A stretch of DNA of 64,000 bases from an uncultured Bacteroidales bacterium (GCA_902776435.1 CACYQB010000005.1:35234-99233); one strand, 5' to 3'; shown: positions 1-9,697, numbered from the stretch's first letter. Notes: generated by a model from the sequence alone, not told the origin. Numbers and translations are program-made.

Positions 1-1187
1 CAACCGTGGTTAAATGACGAAATCTGGTTATTCTCGACGAGGATGTTGGTCACATCCTGGCAGAAGAACACACCAGCGCCGCGCACGCCATTGCCCGTCA
101 TCGTGTTGCCCGAGATGATGGCATCGGCAAAGACGGTGCCCATGTGCACGCCGTGCATAGCACAGTTCTCGATGGTACAGTCCTTGACATAAAGCCCACC
201 CTCGCCCTGGTCGCTGATGCCATCGAAGGAGGAGTTCATGATCTTGCAGCGCTGAACGATGTGATTGTAGGAGTGCTTGTCATAGGAAATACCATTGACC
301 TGGCTGGTGCCGTAAGCATCAAAGTGGATGCAGCCGTTGGCCCACTCCATCGGTTCATAGGTATAGCCGCTATAAGAAGGTCCGTTCGTCTGACGATTGC
401 CATCGAGGCAGATGTCATGGATATAGACATTGATGCACTCGTCCTGGAACGACCAGGAGCGCAGCAACGGGAATGATGTGGAAAGGAAAGTTCCTGCCGC
501 ATGGCGATAGACGACACCATGCTTCTCGCTGTCATAGGCGCTCTTGAACTTGATTTCATATTTGCCTTGAGAGACGGGAACCTCGTTAATCTCGGCGATT
601 TCGCCGTAGGAGCAGTAACGCGCCCTAGCGTTGGAGGGATCAAAGGGGTTGGTCGAATAAGAGATGTAGCAGTGGTCACCCACATGGTAGCCGCTGATGC
701 CATCGACCTTGATCGTGATGGTGTGATCCTCATCGTTGTTATAGACGCCCGTATTGACGGCATCGGTGAGTTTGTGCCAAGCAGCGGGAAACTTCTTGAG
801 CACAGAGTTGTTTCCGTCACCATAGATTTCCATACCGCTCTTGATGGTGAGCGGGCGGCGAATCATGTAGGTCCCTGAAGGGAAATATATGGCAAGATGA
901 CGCTCGGCAGCAGCGGCAAAAAGGCGTTCCAGAGCCTCGGTATCATCGTTAACGCCGTCGCCAACAGCGCCATAGTCACGGGCCGACAGGTAACCATTAT
1001 ACCAAGTGGCCGTTCCCGTAGAGCCATCGCCAGACAGCAGAAAGTCAATCAAGGCGGTCACGTCCTTAATCGTAGCCACTCCATCACCGTTCACGTCAGC
1101 AAACACGCCCTGGGCTTGGCAGGGCACAAACGACATTGCCAGCATCACCAGGATGCTTGACAACTTAAATTTCAATCCTCTTTTCAT
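1..1187 (-). CDS. Secreted right-handed beta-helix protein (pectate lyase-3/GH55-like N-terminus) with a single N-terminal dockerin-like repeat; 3' end runs off the window
   Basis: Not in the ORF track. Manual translation from ATG 1187 is open to position 1: MKRGLKFKLSSILVMLAMSFVPCQA (signal peptide), DVNGDGVATIKDVTALIDFLLSG (dockerin-like), SARDYGAVGDGVNDDTEAL...IYFPSGTYMI (pectate_lyase_3-type motif), then beta-helix-like repeats. Confidence 0.8.
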   Translation of the reverse strand, partial: MKRGLKFKLSSILVMLAMSFVPCQAQGVFADVNGDGVATIKDVTALIDFLLSGDGSTGTATWYNGYLSARDYGAVGDGVNDDTEALERLFAAAAERHLAIYFPSGTYMIRRPLTIKSGMEIYGDGNNSVLKKFPAAWHKLTDAVNTGVYNNDEDHTITIKVDGISGYHVGDHCYISYSTNPFDPSNARARYCSYGEIAEINEVPVSQGKYEIKFKSAYDSEKHGVVYRHAAGTFLSTSFPLLRSWSFQDECINVYIHDICLDGNRQTNGPSYSGYTYEPMEWANGCIHFDAYGTSQVNGISYDKHSYNHIVQRCKIMNSSFDGISDQGEGGLYVKDCTIENCAMHGVHMGTVFADAIISGNTMTGNGVRGAGVFFCQDVTNILVENNQISSFNHG

Positions 1188-1222
1188 ATCCGTTGGAATT
1201 TAATGATTTGTAATGTTTCTTA

Positions 1223-3322
1223 TTAACTGATAAGACCCCAATTGGTCTGTTTGTCAAAGAGATCGCGGATGTGCAAGGCCATCTTGCGGCCCCAAGTTGA
1301 TTCCATCTCGGGGTCGTCGTGAAGGTAATCCTCGGCAGCGTTACGTGCCATCTGGATAATCTGGCCATCCTGAGCGAGATTGGCAATGTGCAGGTTGAAA
1401 GCGATGCCGCTCTGCTGGGTTCCTTCCATATCGCCGGGGCCACGCAGCTTCATGTCCTCCTCGGCGACGACAAAGCCGTCGTTGGTCTGAGTCATCACCT
1501 GCAAGCGGTGACGTGTATCACGGCCCAGGTCGCTGCGCGCCATGAGGATGCAGTAACTCTGATCGGCCCCACGCCCTACCCTGCCCCTCAACTGGTGCAA
1601 CTGCGAGAGGCCGAAGCGCTCGGCATCCTCGATGACCATGACAGAGGCATTGGGGACATTGACACCCACTTCGATAACAGTGGTTGCCACGAGGATGTGC
1701 GCCCTACCCGTGGCAAAGAGCATCATCTGGTGGTCCTTCTCGGCGGGTTTCATGCGACCATGCACCATGGCCACGTTGTAATGCGGAAAAACATCCTTGA
1801 CCTGCTCAAAGCCCTGCTCCAGGGCATGAAGATCGAGTTTCTCATTCTCCTCGATGAGGGGATATACAATATAGGCCTGACGACCTTGCTTGAGTTGTGA
1901 GCCCACGAACTGGTACATCTTGAAGCGGTCAGGCTCGTGACGCAGCACAGTGGTAACGGGCTTGCGGCCTGGTGGCAACTCGTCGATGATGGACACATCA
2001 AGGTCGCCATAGACCGTCATGGCCAAGGTGCGCGGGATGGGGGTTGCCGTCATCACCAACACATGGGGCGGCGCTACTCGGTTCTTGCTCCACAAGCGAG
2101 CACGCTGGGCCACACCGAAGCGGTGCTGCTCGTCGATGATGGCAAGTCCCAGGTTACGGAACTGCACCGTGTCCTCGATGAGGGCATGAGTGCCAATGAG
2201 AATCTGCAAGTCGCCGTTTATCAGAGCCTCATGGATGGCATTGCGTTCCCGCTTGCGCATCGAGCCTGTCAATAACGCCGCCTTCACTCCGATAGCATCG
2301 GCCAGCGGTTTGATGGTCTCCAAGTGCTGTCCCGCAAGAATCTCGGTAGGCGCCATGATGCAGGCTTGATAACCGTTGTCGAGAGCAATCAGCGCTGTCA
2401 TGAAAGCCACAATCGTCTTTCCGCTGCCCACGTCGCCTTGCAAGAGACGGTTCATCTGCTTGCCACTGCCCATGTCCTGCCGCATCTCGCGAATGACGCG
2501 TTTCTGCGCCCCCGTCAGCGGGAATTGCAGGATATTGTTATAGAAGTCATGGAAATAGGCGCCCACGCGGCTGAACACATGTCCCACCAAGCGGCGGCTA
2601 CTACCTTTTATATAATGCAGGATATTGAGTTCCAGGAAGAACAGTTCCTCGAACTTGAGACGGAACTGTGCACGCTGCAAGGCCTGCTGGTCGCTGGGCA
2701 AATGGATGTTGTGCAGCGCCTCGGCCAACGGCATGAGGTGGTAGCGCTGCATCAATTCTGGTGGCAATGTCTCATCGATTAGTTTCACAGCAGGCGTTTC
2801 AAGCAGGGAGACGACAAGCTTGTGAATGGCCCGCGAAGTGAAGGAGCGATTGCGCAACACCTCGGTCAGGTTATACACGCCAGTGAGGCCCTGTGCCACA
2901 TTCTCGGTCGTGACCACATCCACCTCGGGATGAACGATGTTCATGTGGTTGTTGAACATCGACGGCTTGCCGAAAAGGAGGTATTGGGTGTTGGTGTTAT
3001 AGGTCTTCTGTATCGAGGCCACGCGATTGAACCACACGACTTCGATAGTTCCCGTGCCATCGGAAAACAACGCTTGCAGACGTCGTTTGCGGCCCTCACC
3101 CACCGTGTTAAAAGTCAAGAAACGTCCCCGCAGTTGCACCGCAGCCTCGTCCCCCCTCAGTTCGTTGATATGGTTAATGACACTACGGTCGATGTAACGG
3201 AAGGGGAAGTAATAGAGCAGGTCGTAATAAGAACTGATGTTCAGTTCCTTGCTCAACAGCTCGGCCCGTTTAGGTCCCACACCGTGCAAGTACTGTATGT
3301 CAGTATGGCGCAGGTCAGGCAT
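1223..3322 (-). CDS. recG: ATP-dependent DNA helicase RecG
   Basis: 699 aa; LLQGDVGSGKT Walker A, IIDEQHRFG, MTATPIPRTL, QLHQLRGRVGRG, RGPGD motifs. Confidence 0.97.
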   Translation of the reverse strand: MPDLRHTDIQYLHGVGPKRAELLSKELNISSYYDLLYYFPFRYIDRSVINHINELRGDEAAVQLRGRFLTFNTVGEGRKRRLQALFSDGTGTIEVVWFNRVASIQKTYNTNTQYLLFGKPSMFNNHMNIVHPEVDVVTTENVAQGLTGVYNLTEVLRNRSFTSRAIHKLVVSLLETPAVKLIDETLPPELMQRYHLMPLAEALHNIHLPSDQQALQRAQFRLKFEELFFLELNILHYIKGSSRRLVGHVFSRVGAYFHDFYNNILQFPLTGAQKRVIREMRQDMGSGKQMNRLLQGDVGSGKTIVAFMTALIALDNGYQACIMAPTEILAGQHLETIKPLADAIGVKAALLTGSMRKRERNAIHEALINGDLQILIGTHALIEDTVQFRNLGLAIIDEQHRFGVAQRARLWSKNRVAPPHVLVMTATPIPRTLAMTVYGDLDVSIIDELPPGRKPVTTVLRHEPDRFKMYQFVGSQLKQGRQAYIVYPLIEENEKLDLHALEQGFEQVKDVFPHYNVAMVHGRMKPAEKDHQMMLFATGRAHILVATTVIEVGVNVPNASVMVIEDAERFGLSQLHQLRGRVGRGADQSYCILMARSDLGRDTRHRLQVMTQTNDGFVVAEEDMKLRGPGDMEGTQQSGIAFNLHIANLAQDGQIIQMARNAAEDYLHDDPEMESTWGRKMALHIRDLFDKQTNWGLIS

Positions 3323-3989
3323 CGTGATTCAGCAGATATTCGGCAAGTGCCAAGTCCATGGGACGGGTAATCTTGAGATTATGTGGTTCTCCCTCAACAA
3401 GGGTAACGACATGTCCCGCACGTTCCACCACCGAAGCGTCGTCGGTAAAGGTGGGCTCATAGGGCAACGAGTAAGCGTCCATCAACAATTTGGCCTCAAA
3501 TGCCTGAGGCGTCTGAACCGCACGCAACGACGAACGGTCAAGCGCATGACTGATGTCACCCGTGACCTGTCGTACAGAATCGTTAAGCATGACCACCGGA
3601 ATGGCAGCGCCATCATGACGCGCAGCTTCCAGGACGCGTTCAATCAATGCGGTTGAAGCCAGCGGCCGAACGCCGTCATGCACGGCAATCACGTCAACGT
3701 CCTCAATGGGACCGATGCTGTCCAGGGCATTCTTCACGCTGTGCCAACGGGTATCTCCGCCCGGCACCACTCGATGAGGCATAGTAAAGGCATACTTGTG
3801 ACACAAGTCCTTCCACAAGGTCATTTGGTCGACGGGCAGGGTCACAATGATATCAAAAGATCCGTCCCCGAAGGCCTCGATCGTCCGCATGAGTATGGGC
3901 TTGCCGCCCAATTCAAGGAATTGCTTGGGCAACTGGGCGCCAAAGCGAGTGCCACTACCACCTGCCACTATGATTGCTATCGTTCTCAT
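3315..3989 (-). CDS. ispD: 2-C-methyl-D-erythritol 4-phosphate cytidylyltransferase
   Basis: IIVAGGSGTRFG..LPKQF, VAVHDGVRP, AVQTPQAF, TDDAS, NLKITRPMD; start moved to MRTIA (ATG 3989). Confidence 0.95.
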   Translation of the reverse strand: MRTIAIIVAGGSGTRFGAQLPKQFLELGGKPILMRTIEAFGDGSFDIIVTLPVDQMTLWKDLCHKYAFTMPHRVVPGGDTRWHSVKNALDSIGPIEDVDVIAVHDGVRPLASTALIERVLEAARHDGAAIPVVMLNDSVRQVTGDISHALDRSSLRAVQTPQAFEAKLLMDAYSLPYEPTFTDDASVVERAGHVVTLVEGEPHNLKITRPMDLALAEYLLNHDA

Positions 3990-4125
3990 CTTGCCATTGT
4001 CGTTTAGTGACCACAAAGTTAAGGAAAAATTAAAAAGGAACCTTAAGCCTCGGCTTAAAATTCCTTTTTAGGTTTCAAATAGGTAAAATTTCTAAGGTAA
4101 AAAAGATTGTTTCAGGTTTATGGCG

Positions 4126-4133
4126 CAAAAGTA
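4126..4133 (-). promoter_or_regulatory. Bacteroidetes -7 promoter element (TACTTTTG) for ispD-recG
   Basis: Matches TAnnTTTG about 140 nt upstream of the ispD start. Confidence 0.5.
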
Positions 4134-4253
4134 TAGCCATTTTTTGAACCATGCACACTGATTTTTTATGTTATAAAACATATTTTTCGAAAAAACCTTG
4201 AGAATTCTACCCTATCTCACTGAAAATCAGCAATGCAAACGATTGCGATTTTT

Positions 4254-5015
4254 TCACTCTTTTTCAAAGTACTTGAGGGAGAACTGACCGTCGGGAGTGA
4301 GGACGACATAGGAATTGAGCGAAATCCATTCCCCCAGCAGGATGACGGGCGGCATGGTTTCGCCGGGATAGATACGAGCGATGTGGATGTGACCGAAGAC
4401 ATAGGCTTCGACCTCGGGATGAAGGTGATGGTGACCACTCGCATACTCCACAAGGCGGGTGGCAGCACGCTCCGAGATATCCCGCAGTTGTTCCGGCGAA
4501 CGGCTAGTGCGGTTCTCGCTTGACCATCCTGTGGCAATGGGATAGGTCCAGCGGGGATGGATGGAAGCATATAGCCACTGGCAGACCTTATTATAGAAGC
4601 ACCAACGGGTGAAACGATACATGGCGGGTTGTTCTCCCACGTCATCGCCGTGGGCGATCAGAATCTGCTTATTGCCGGCCTTCACTATCGTGTGGCCATA
4701 GAGCACCGTCATATTGAGCTGGTCGCGCAGGTAATCAAACAGCCACACATCATGGTTACCGGTTACCCACGTGAGTTTGATGCCCGCGTCAGATAGTTCG
4801 GCAAGTTTGCCGAAGAAACGGATATATCCGCGCGGCACCACATACTTGTACTCGTACCAGTAGTCGAGGATATCGCCCAACAAGAAGAGCTCGGCAGCAT
4901 CGTCCCGGATGGAGTCCAGGAATCGGCACACCCGTCGCTCCCGCTCCAGCGGGTCGCTCATGTACTTGGCGCCCAGGTGCAGGTCGGATATAAAATAGGT
5001 GTTCTTGCCAGCCAT
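4254..5015 (-). CDS. lpxH: UDP-2,3-diacylglucosamine diphosphatase
   Basis: YFISDLHLG, LGDILDYW, TGNHD, AHGD, VFGHIH metallophosphoesterase motifs. Confidence 0.9.
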   Translation of the reverse strand: MAGKNTYFISDLHLGAKYMSDPLERERRVCRFLDSIRDDAAELFLLGDILDYWYEYKYVVPRGYIRFFGKLAELSDAGIKLTWVTGNHDVWLFDYLRDQLNMTVLYGHTIVKAGNKQILIAHGDDVGEQPAMYRFTRWCFYNKVCQWLYASIHPRWTYPIATGWSSENRTSRSPEQLRDISERAATRLVEYASGHHHLHPEVEAYVFGHIHIARIYPGETMPPVILLGEWISLNSYVVLTPDGQFSLKYFEKE

Positions 5016-5027
5016 ATATTAAGTCAC

Positions 5028-5055
5028 CCTATAGCCTATAACCTAAAGCCTTAAC
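5028..5055 (-). repeat. Degenerate 7-mer tandem repeat (CCTATAG/CCTATAA/CCTAAAG on +), same family as 13589
   Basis: cctatag cctataa cctaaag ccttaac between DUF59 and lpxH. Confidence 0.65.
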
Positions 5056-5375
5056 TATAACATGCCCAACTCGAGCTTGGCCTCCTCGGTCATCATGCGA
5101 GGGTCCCACTCGGGCTCAAACACCAGGTTGACCGTGGCGCTAGTCACACCGTCAACGCTCTCAACCTTCTGCCTCACGTCCTCGAAGATGAAGTCAGCGA
5201 TTGGGCAGTTGGGCGCTGTGAGCGTCATGTCGATGTCCACATGTCCGTCGTCGTTGAGGTCAATTTTATAGATGAGACCCAGACTGTAAACGTCAACAGG
5301 CAACTCGGGGTCATAGACCGTCTTGAGCATCTTGATGATGTCTTCCTCGATTTTCAATTTCTGTTCTTGTTCCAT
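5055..5375 (-). CDS. DUF59 / SUF-system Fe-S cluster assembly protein
   Basis: LKTVYDPELPVDVYSLGLIY, MTLTAPNCP, LVFEPEWDPRMMTEEAKLELG; start set at MEQEQ. Confidence 0.9.
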   Translation of the reverse strand: MEQEQKLKIEEDIIKMLKTVYDPELPVDVYSLGLIYKIDLNDDGHVDIDMTLTAPNCPIADFIFEDVRQKVESVDGVTSATVNLVFEPEWDPRMMTEEAKLELGML

Positions 5376-5384
5376 ATCTGGGTG

Positions 5385-5392
5385 CAAAATTA
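5385..5392 (-). promoter_or_regulatory. Bacteroidetes -7 promoter element (TAATTTTG) for DUF59-lpxH
   Basis: TAnnTTTG immediately upstream of the start codon. Confidence 0.55.
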
Positions 5393-5708
5393 ATTAAAAA
5401 CTCACAAAACGCACCTATATTTGACTCCAAAAAGCCTCGCGGCAGGTAAAATCAAAGAAATCATCACTTTAGTCAAAGCATCGCCGAAAGAGGTCAAATC
5501 AAAAAAAAATCATAAAAAATGCTGAATATTAGCGCTTAAATAAAAAAAAATGCCGATATTTGCAGTCGCAAAATCGCCAGGGGCTCCACTATGAGCGCTT
5601 TTTCGCTGTCTCCACAACATCGGAAAATGCGCTTAACTTCTTGACGAATAAGCAGTTATTAAGACATTTAATTTTTAATTAACAGTAACAATAAAATTTA
5701 GTAAAGCA

Positions 5709-5981
5709 ATGACTAAAGCAGAAATCGTAAGAGAGATTGCCAACGAAACCGGTCTTGACAAGGCTTCGGTTTTGGAAACTGTAGAGAAGTTCATGGACAC
5801 GGTAAAGGATTCTTTGGCTAAAGGCGAGAACGTTTACCTGCGTGGTTTTGGCAGTTTCATCGTGAAAACCCGTTCCCAGAAGACCGCCCGCAATATCAGC
5901 AAGAACACTGTCATCATTATCCCCGAGCACAAGATCCCGGCTTTCAAGCCCGCTAAGGTGTTCATGGAGCAGGTGAAGTAA
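5709..5981 (+). CDS. hup: DNA-binding protein HU
   Basis: 90 aa; MTKAEIV, GENVYLRGFGSFIVKTR, KTARN, IPAFKP. Confidence 0.93.
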   Translation: MTKAEIVREIANETGLDKASVLETVEKFMDTVKDSLAKGENVYLRGFGSFIVKTRSQKTARNISKNTVIIIPEHKIPAFKPAKVFMEQVK

Positions 5982-6049
5982 TCTGACTTACTGCGTATTA
6001 TCCAGATATCATACAATTATTATCAATTAACTCATAATTTTTTACGACA

Positions 6050-6142
6050 ATGCCAAACGGAAAGAAACGTAAAGGCCACAAGATGGCAACGCACAAGCGT
6101 AAAAAAAGACTGCGCAAGAATCGTCACAAAAACAAGAAGTAA
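6050..6142 (+). CDS. Small basic ribosomal protein bS22 (AURKAIP1/COX24-like, Bacteroidetes type)
   Basis: 30-aa ORF below the track cutoff: MPNGKKRKGHKMATHKRKKRLRKNRHKNKK; AT-rich translation initiation region upstream; matches the recalled Bacteroidetes bS22 sequence pattern. Confidence 0.88.
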   Translation: MPNGKKRKGHKMATHKRKKRLRKNRHKNKK

Positions 6143-6176
6143 TCGCGTAGTCAATCTGTGACGACTGTGAAATAGC

Positions 6177-6420
6177 GGGAACAAACGAATTGGCACGCCT
6201 GATGCGCATCTCTATGAACTAAACGGCAGTCCGCTGCCTACCATAGCTACCGAGGGGTCCGCGTCACGTCAATTGGTTTGTTCCTGTCTTGCTTTTAGAG
6301 AGTAGGCTGTCGTTGAGGCAGCCGGTACGCCAGACTGTAGCGTTCCACTGCTCTTATCCTCGCACTACCTGGCGGCACGTGTCCAGCGGGACACACCGCA
6401 ATAGCCGCCCGAGCCGTGCT
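6177..6420 (+). ncRNA. Candidate structured RNA / 5' leader of rng
   Basis: 17 of 18 pairs (two G-U) between 6177-6194 and 6268-6285, plus hairpins ggcagtccgctgcc, ggctgtc/ggcagcc, gtgtcc/ggacac, ggcggc/gccgcc. Confidence 0.45.
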
Positions 6421-6490
6421 GTTTTATATAATACATTATTAATTATATATAAACCATCAAATTTTTTATAGTATTCATCCATCTTCTGCG

Positions 6491-8137
6491 ATGAAAAGTG
6501 AATTAGTAGTTGACGTCACGCCCCGGGACATGACGACGGCGCTGCTTGAAGACGGCCGCCTCGTGTCCTTGCAAAGGGAGACCAGAGATGCCTCCTATGC
6601 CGTGGGCAACCTCTACCTTGCCAAGGTAAAGAAGCTGATGCCAGGACTGAATGCCGCGTTTGTCAACGTGGGCCACTCCAAGGACGCCTTCCTTCATTAC
6701 CTTGATCTGGGTTCACAATTCAACACTTTTTCTCAATACATCAAGACGGTACGCGAAAATCCCAATAAGCGGCCAACGAGCATCAGCAAGATCAAGAATC
6801 AGTCCGACACCAACAAACATGGCACCGTCAGCGACGTGCTCACCCAGGGTCAGGAACTACTCGTTCAAATCGCCAAAGAGCCCATTTCCACTAAGGGGCC
6901 GCGATTAACCACAGAAATCACCTTCACAGGACGTTTTCTGGTGCTCACCCCGTTCAACGACCGCATCTCGGTATCCCAGAAAATCAAGGACCACGCCGAG
7001 AAGACCCGCCTGAGGCGCCTGATCGAGAGCATGAAGCCGAAGAACTTCGGCATCATCGTCAGGACATCGGCCGAGAACAAGAAAGCCGCCGAGCTCAACG
7101 CCGAGCTCCGCACCTTGCTAAAAGCCTGGGACGACGCGATAGCCAAAGTCCAGCAGGCGACCCCTCCCACCCTCGTCTATGAGGAAGAAAGCCGTGCCGT
7201 CGGTGAGATCCGAGACATCTTCAGTCCCGAGTTCGAGAGCATTCAAGTCAATAATGCCGATGTATATGAGCAAATCCATGACTACGTGAACCTTATCGCC
7301 CCCGACCGCAGTGATATCGTGAAGCTGTACAGCGACGACATGCCGATATTTGACAAGTTCGGCATCACCAAGCAGATCAAGTCGTCGTTTGGCAAGACCG
7401 TATCCTTCAAGTCGGGCGCATACATAATCGTAGAAAGCACCGAAGCGCTTCACGTGATAGACGTGAATTCAGGCAACCGCTCGCGCACGAGCACCGATCA
7501 GGAGAGCAACGCATTGAACGTTAACCTGCTCGCCGCCGACGAGATTGCCCGCCAGTTGCGCTTGAGGGACATGGGCGGAATCATCGTGATCGACTTCATC
7601 GACATGGCCAAGTCCGAACACCGCCAGGAACTGTACCAACACATGCGCGAAGTGATGCAAAAAGACCGTGCGCGTCACAACATCCTGCCGCTGAGCAAGT
7701 TCGGCTTGATGCAGATTACCCGCCAGCGCGTGAGGCCAGCCCTCGATATTGCCACTGCCGAGACATGCCCGTCATGCGGCGGAACCGGCGAAGTGCAACC
7801 CTCACTGCTTTTTACCGACAAGTTGAAAGACAAGATTGATTACCTTGTCCACACGTTGAACGTGAACAACTTCATTATGTATGTCCATCCGTTTGTCGAT
7901 GCCTACCTCAAGAAAGGTCTCATGAGTGAGTACTGGAAATGGCGCAGGGAATTCAAGCGAAAATTCCGTATCATGCCCGACCAGTCACTCAACTACCTGG
8001 AATATAAGGTATTCGACAAAGACCGTAACGAAATTGACCTTAAAGAGGAAAAAGACACCAGCAGCAGCGAGACGAGCAAGAAAGAACGCCGCTCCAAGAA
8101 ACATGCTGCCGAAACCGAAGACGACAGCCAACAGTGA
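6491..8137 (+). CDS. rng: Ribonuclease E/G family (Rne/Rng)
   Basis: S1 domain (AAFVNVG..KDAFLH), TEALHVIDVNSG, LRLRDMGGIIVIDFIDM, CPSCGGTG Zn-link. Confidence 0.95.
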   Translation: MKSELVVDVTPRDMTTALLEDGRLVSLQRETRDASYAVGNLYLAKVKKLMPGLNAAFVNVGHSKDAFLHYLDLGSQFNTFSQYIKTVRENPNKRPTSISKIKNQSDTNKHGTVSDVLTQGQELLVQIAKEPISTKGPRLTTEITFTGRFLVLTPFNDRISVSQKIKDHAEKTRLRRLIESMKPKNFGIIVRTSAENKKAAELNAELRTLLKAWDDAIAKVQQATPPTLVYEEESRAVGEIRDIFSPEFESIQVNNADVYEQIHDYVNLIAPDRSDIVKLYSDDMPIFDKFGITKQIKSSFGKTVSFKSGAYIIVESTEALHVIDVNSGNRSRTSTDQESNALNVNLLAADEIARQLRLRDMGGIIVIDFIDMAKSEHRQELYQHMREVMQKDRARHNILPLSKFGLMQITRQRVRPALDIATAETCPSCGGTGEVQPSLLFTDKLKDKIDYLVHTLNVNNFIMYVHPFVDAYLKKGLMSEYWKWRREFKRKFRIMPDQSLNYLEYKVFDKDRNEIDLKEEKDTSSSETSKKERRSKKHAAETEDDSQQ

Positions 8138-8166
8138 ACAAGCATCACTTGAAGGCCACAGACATC

Positions 8167-8208
8167 AAGGCCGCCCTGCACAATACCTGCAAGGCGGCCT
8201 TTTATTTT
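8167..8208 (+). terminator. Intrinsic terminator after rng
   Basis: aaggccgcc...ggcggcctt stem followed by ttatttt. Confidence 0.75.
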
Positions 8209-8303
8209 CCCATAGATTGTGACCATTCAGCTTAAGAACCACACGTTAATAACTTGAGTGCGTTAAATATTGTGAAACCCATGTGTTTTTCATATTTATA
8301 AAT

Positions 8304-8311
8304 TATATTTG
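8304..8311 (+). promoter_or_regulatory. Bacteroidetes -7 promoter element (TATATTTG) for rocD-pruA
   Basis: TAnnTTTG about 50 nt upstream of ATG 8364. Confidence 0.6.
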
Positions 8312-8363
8312 CAACCAGAATTTCACTTTAACATTAACCATTTAATTACAATCAACTTAACCA

Positions 8364-9632
8364 ATGAAGAAACCGTGTAAGAAAGATTGCAGCAAGCCCG
8401 CACCGCTGGGCGCAAAGACCAAGAGCTATATCTCGATGGAAGAGCGTTACGGCGCTCACAACTACCATCCCCTGCCCGTCGTGCTGAAGAAGGGTAAGGG
8501 CATCTACGTGTGGGACGTCGAGGGCAAGAAGTACTTTGATTTCCTGTCGGCTTACTCTGCCGTGAACCAGGGTCACTGCCATCCCCGCATCGTCAAGGCT
8601 CTGAAGGACCAGACCAACAAGCTGTGTCTGACATCGCGCGCATTCTACAACGAGGCTTTCTGCGAGTACGAGAAATTCATGCACTCCTACTTCGGCTATG
8701 ACAAGGTGCTCCCCATGAACACCGGTGCCGAGGGTGTCGAGACCGCATTGAAACTTGCACGCCGCTGGGGTGTTGCCAAGAAAGGCATCGCCAACGACAA
8801 AGTAAAAATTATCTGCTGTGAGGGTAACTTCCACGGCCGCACTGTGACCGTCATCACCATGAGCGACGATCCCAGCAGCTACGCTGACTACGGTCCCCTG
8901 ACCCCCGGCTTCATCCGTATTCCCTACAACGATCCTAAGGCGCTCGAAGACGCGCTCAAAAAATATGGCGATGAGGTTGCCGCCTTTATCGCAGAGCCCA
9001 TTCAGGGCGAGGCTGGTGTATTCGTTCCCGATGACGGCTATCTGAAGAAATGCTTCGACCTGTGCCACCAGCACAACGTGCTCTTTATCGCCGATGAGGT
9101 GCAGACCGGTATCGCCCGTACGGGTAAGATGCTGTGCTCCCAGCACGACGGTATCCGTCCTGACATCGTGATCCTGGGTAAGGCCCTGGGTGGTGGTGTG
9201 CTGCCCGTTTCGGCTTGCCTTGCCGACGATGACATCATGCTCAACGTGAAGCCCGGCGAGCACGGCTCGACCTTCGGCGGCTTCCCCCTGGCAGCCCGCG
9301 TTGCTGTTGAGGCCTTGAAGGTGGTAAAGGATGAGAAGCTCGTCCAGAACGCCGAGAAGATGGGTAAGATCTTCCGTGAGGAGATTGAGAAGATCAATTC
9401 ACCGTTTATCGTGCAAGTGCGCGGCCGCGGTCTGTTGAACGCCATCGTGACCAAGCCTGTTGAGGGCAAGACCGCTTGGGACATCTGCCTGAAGCTGCGT
9501 GACAACGGTCTGCTCGCTAAGCCGACCCACGACCACATCATCCGCTTCGCTCCCCCCTTGTGCATCACCAAGGAAGAGCTCATGGAAGCCATTGACATCA
9601 TCAAGAAGACCTTCGAACAGATGTTCGGATAA
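8364..9632 (+). CDS. rocD: Ornithine--oxo-acid aminotransferase
   Basis: [53 protein letters not shown]. Confidence 0.95.
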   Translation: MKKPCKKDCSKPAPLGAKTKSYISMEERYGAHNYHPLPVVLKKGKGIYVWDVEGKKYFDFLSAYSAVNQGHCHPRIVKALKDQTNKLCLTSRAFYNEAFCEYEKFMHSYFGYDKVLPMNTGAEGVETALKLARRWGVAKKGIANDKVKIICCEGNFHGRTVTVITMSDDPSSYADYGPLTPGFIRIPYNDPKALEDALKKYGDEVAAFIAEPIQGEAGVFVPDDGYLKKCFDLCHQHNVLFIADEVQTGIARTGKMLCSQHDGIRPDIVILGKALGGGVLPVSACLADDDIMLNVKPGEHGSTFGGFPLAARVAVEALKVVKDEKLVQNAEKMGKIFREEIEKINSPFIVQVRGRGLLNAIVTKPVEGKTAWDICLKLRDNGLLAKPTHDHIIRFAPPLCITKEELMEAIDIIKKTFEQMFG

Positions 9633-9639
9633 ATCTTTA

Positions 9640-9677
9640 TTCAAGCATCGCGAGTGCTAGCACTTGCGATGCTTGAA
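9640..9677. repeat. 38-bp near-perfect palindrome between rocD and pruA
   Basis: ttcaagcatcgcgagtgctagcacttgcgatgcttgaa; one G-U-type mismatch; no U tract. Confidence 0.8.
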
Positions 9678-9697
9678 GTTTAAAGTTTAGAGTTTAG
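9677..9697 (+). repeat. 7-mer tandem repeat (AGTTTAR)x3
   Basis: agtttaa agtttag agtttag; same unit at 25201-25228. Confidence 0.7.

Noticed and set aside
236-823. 195-aa minus-strand ORF and the short plus-strand ORFs in 144-1203
   Set aside because: Alternative-frame or antisense shadows of the real minus-strand gene starting at 1187; low-complexity S/T/M/R translation with no motifs.
6177-6285. Identity of the rod-like RNA as SRP (4.5S), RNase P, tmRNA or tRNA
   Set aside because: No SRP domain IV GNRA/AGCAG motif on either strand, no GAGGAAAGUCC, no T-loop/CCA; left as an unassigned structured RNA.
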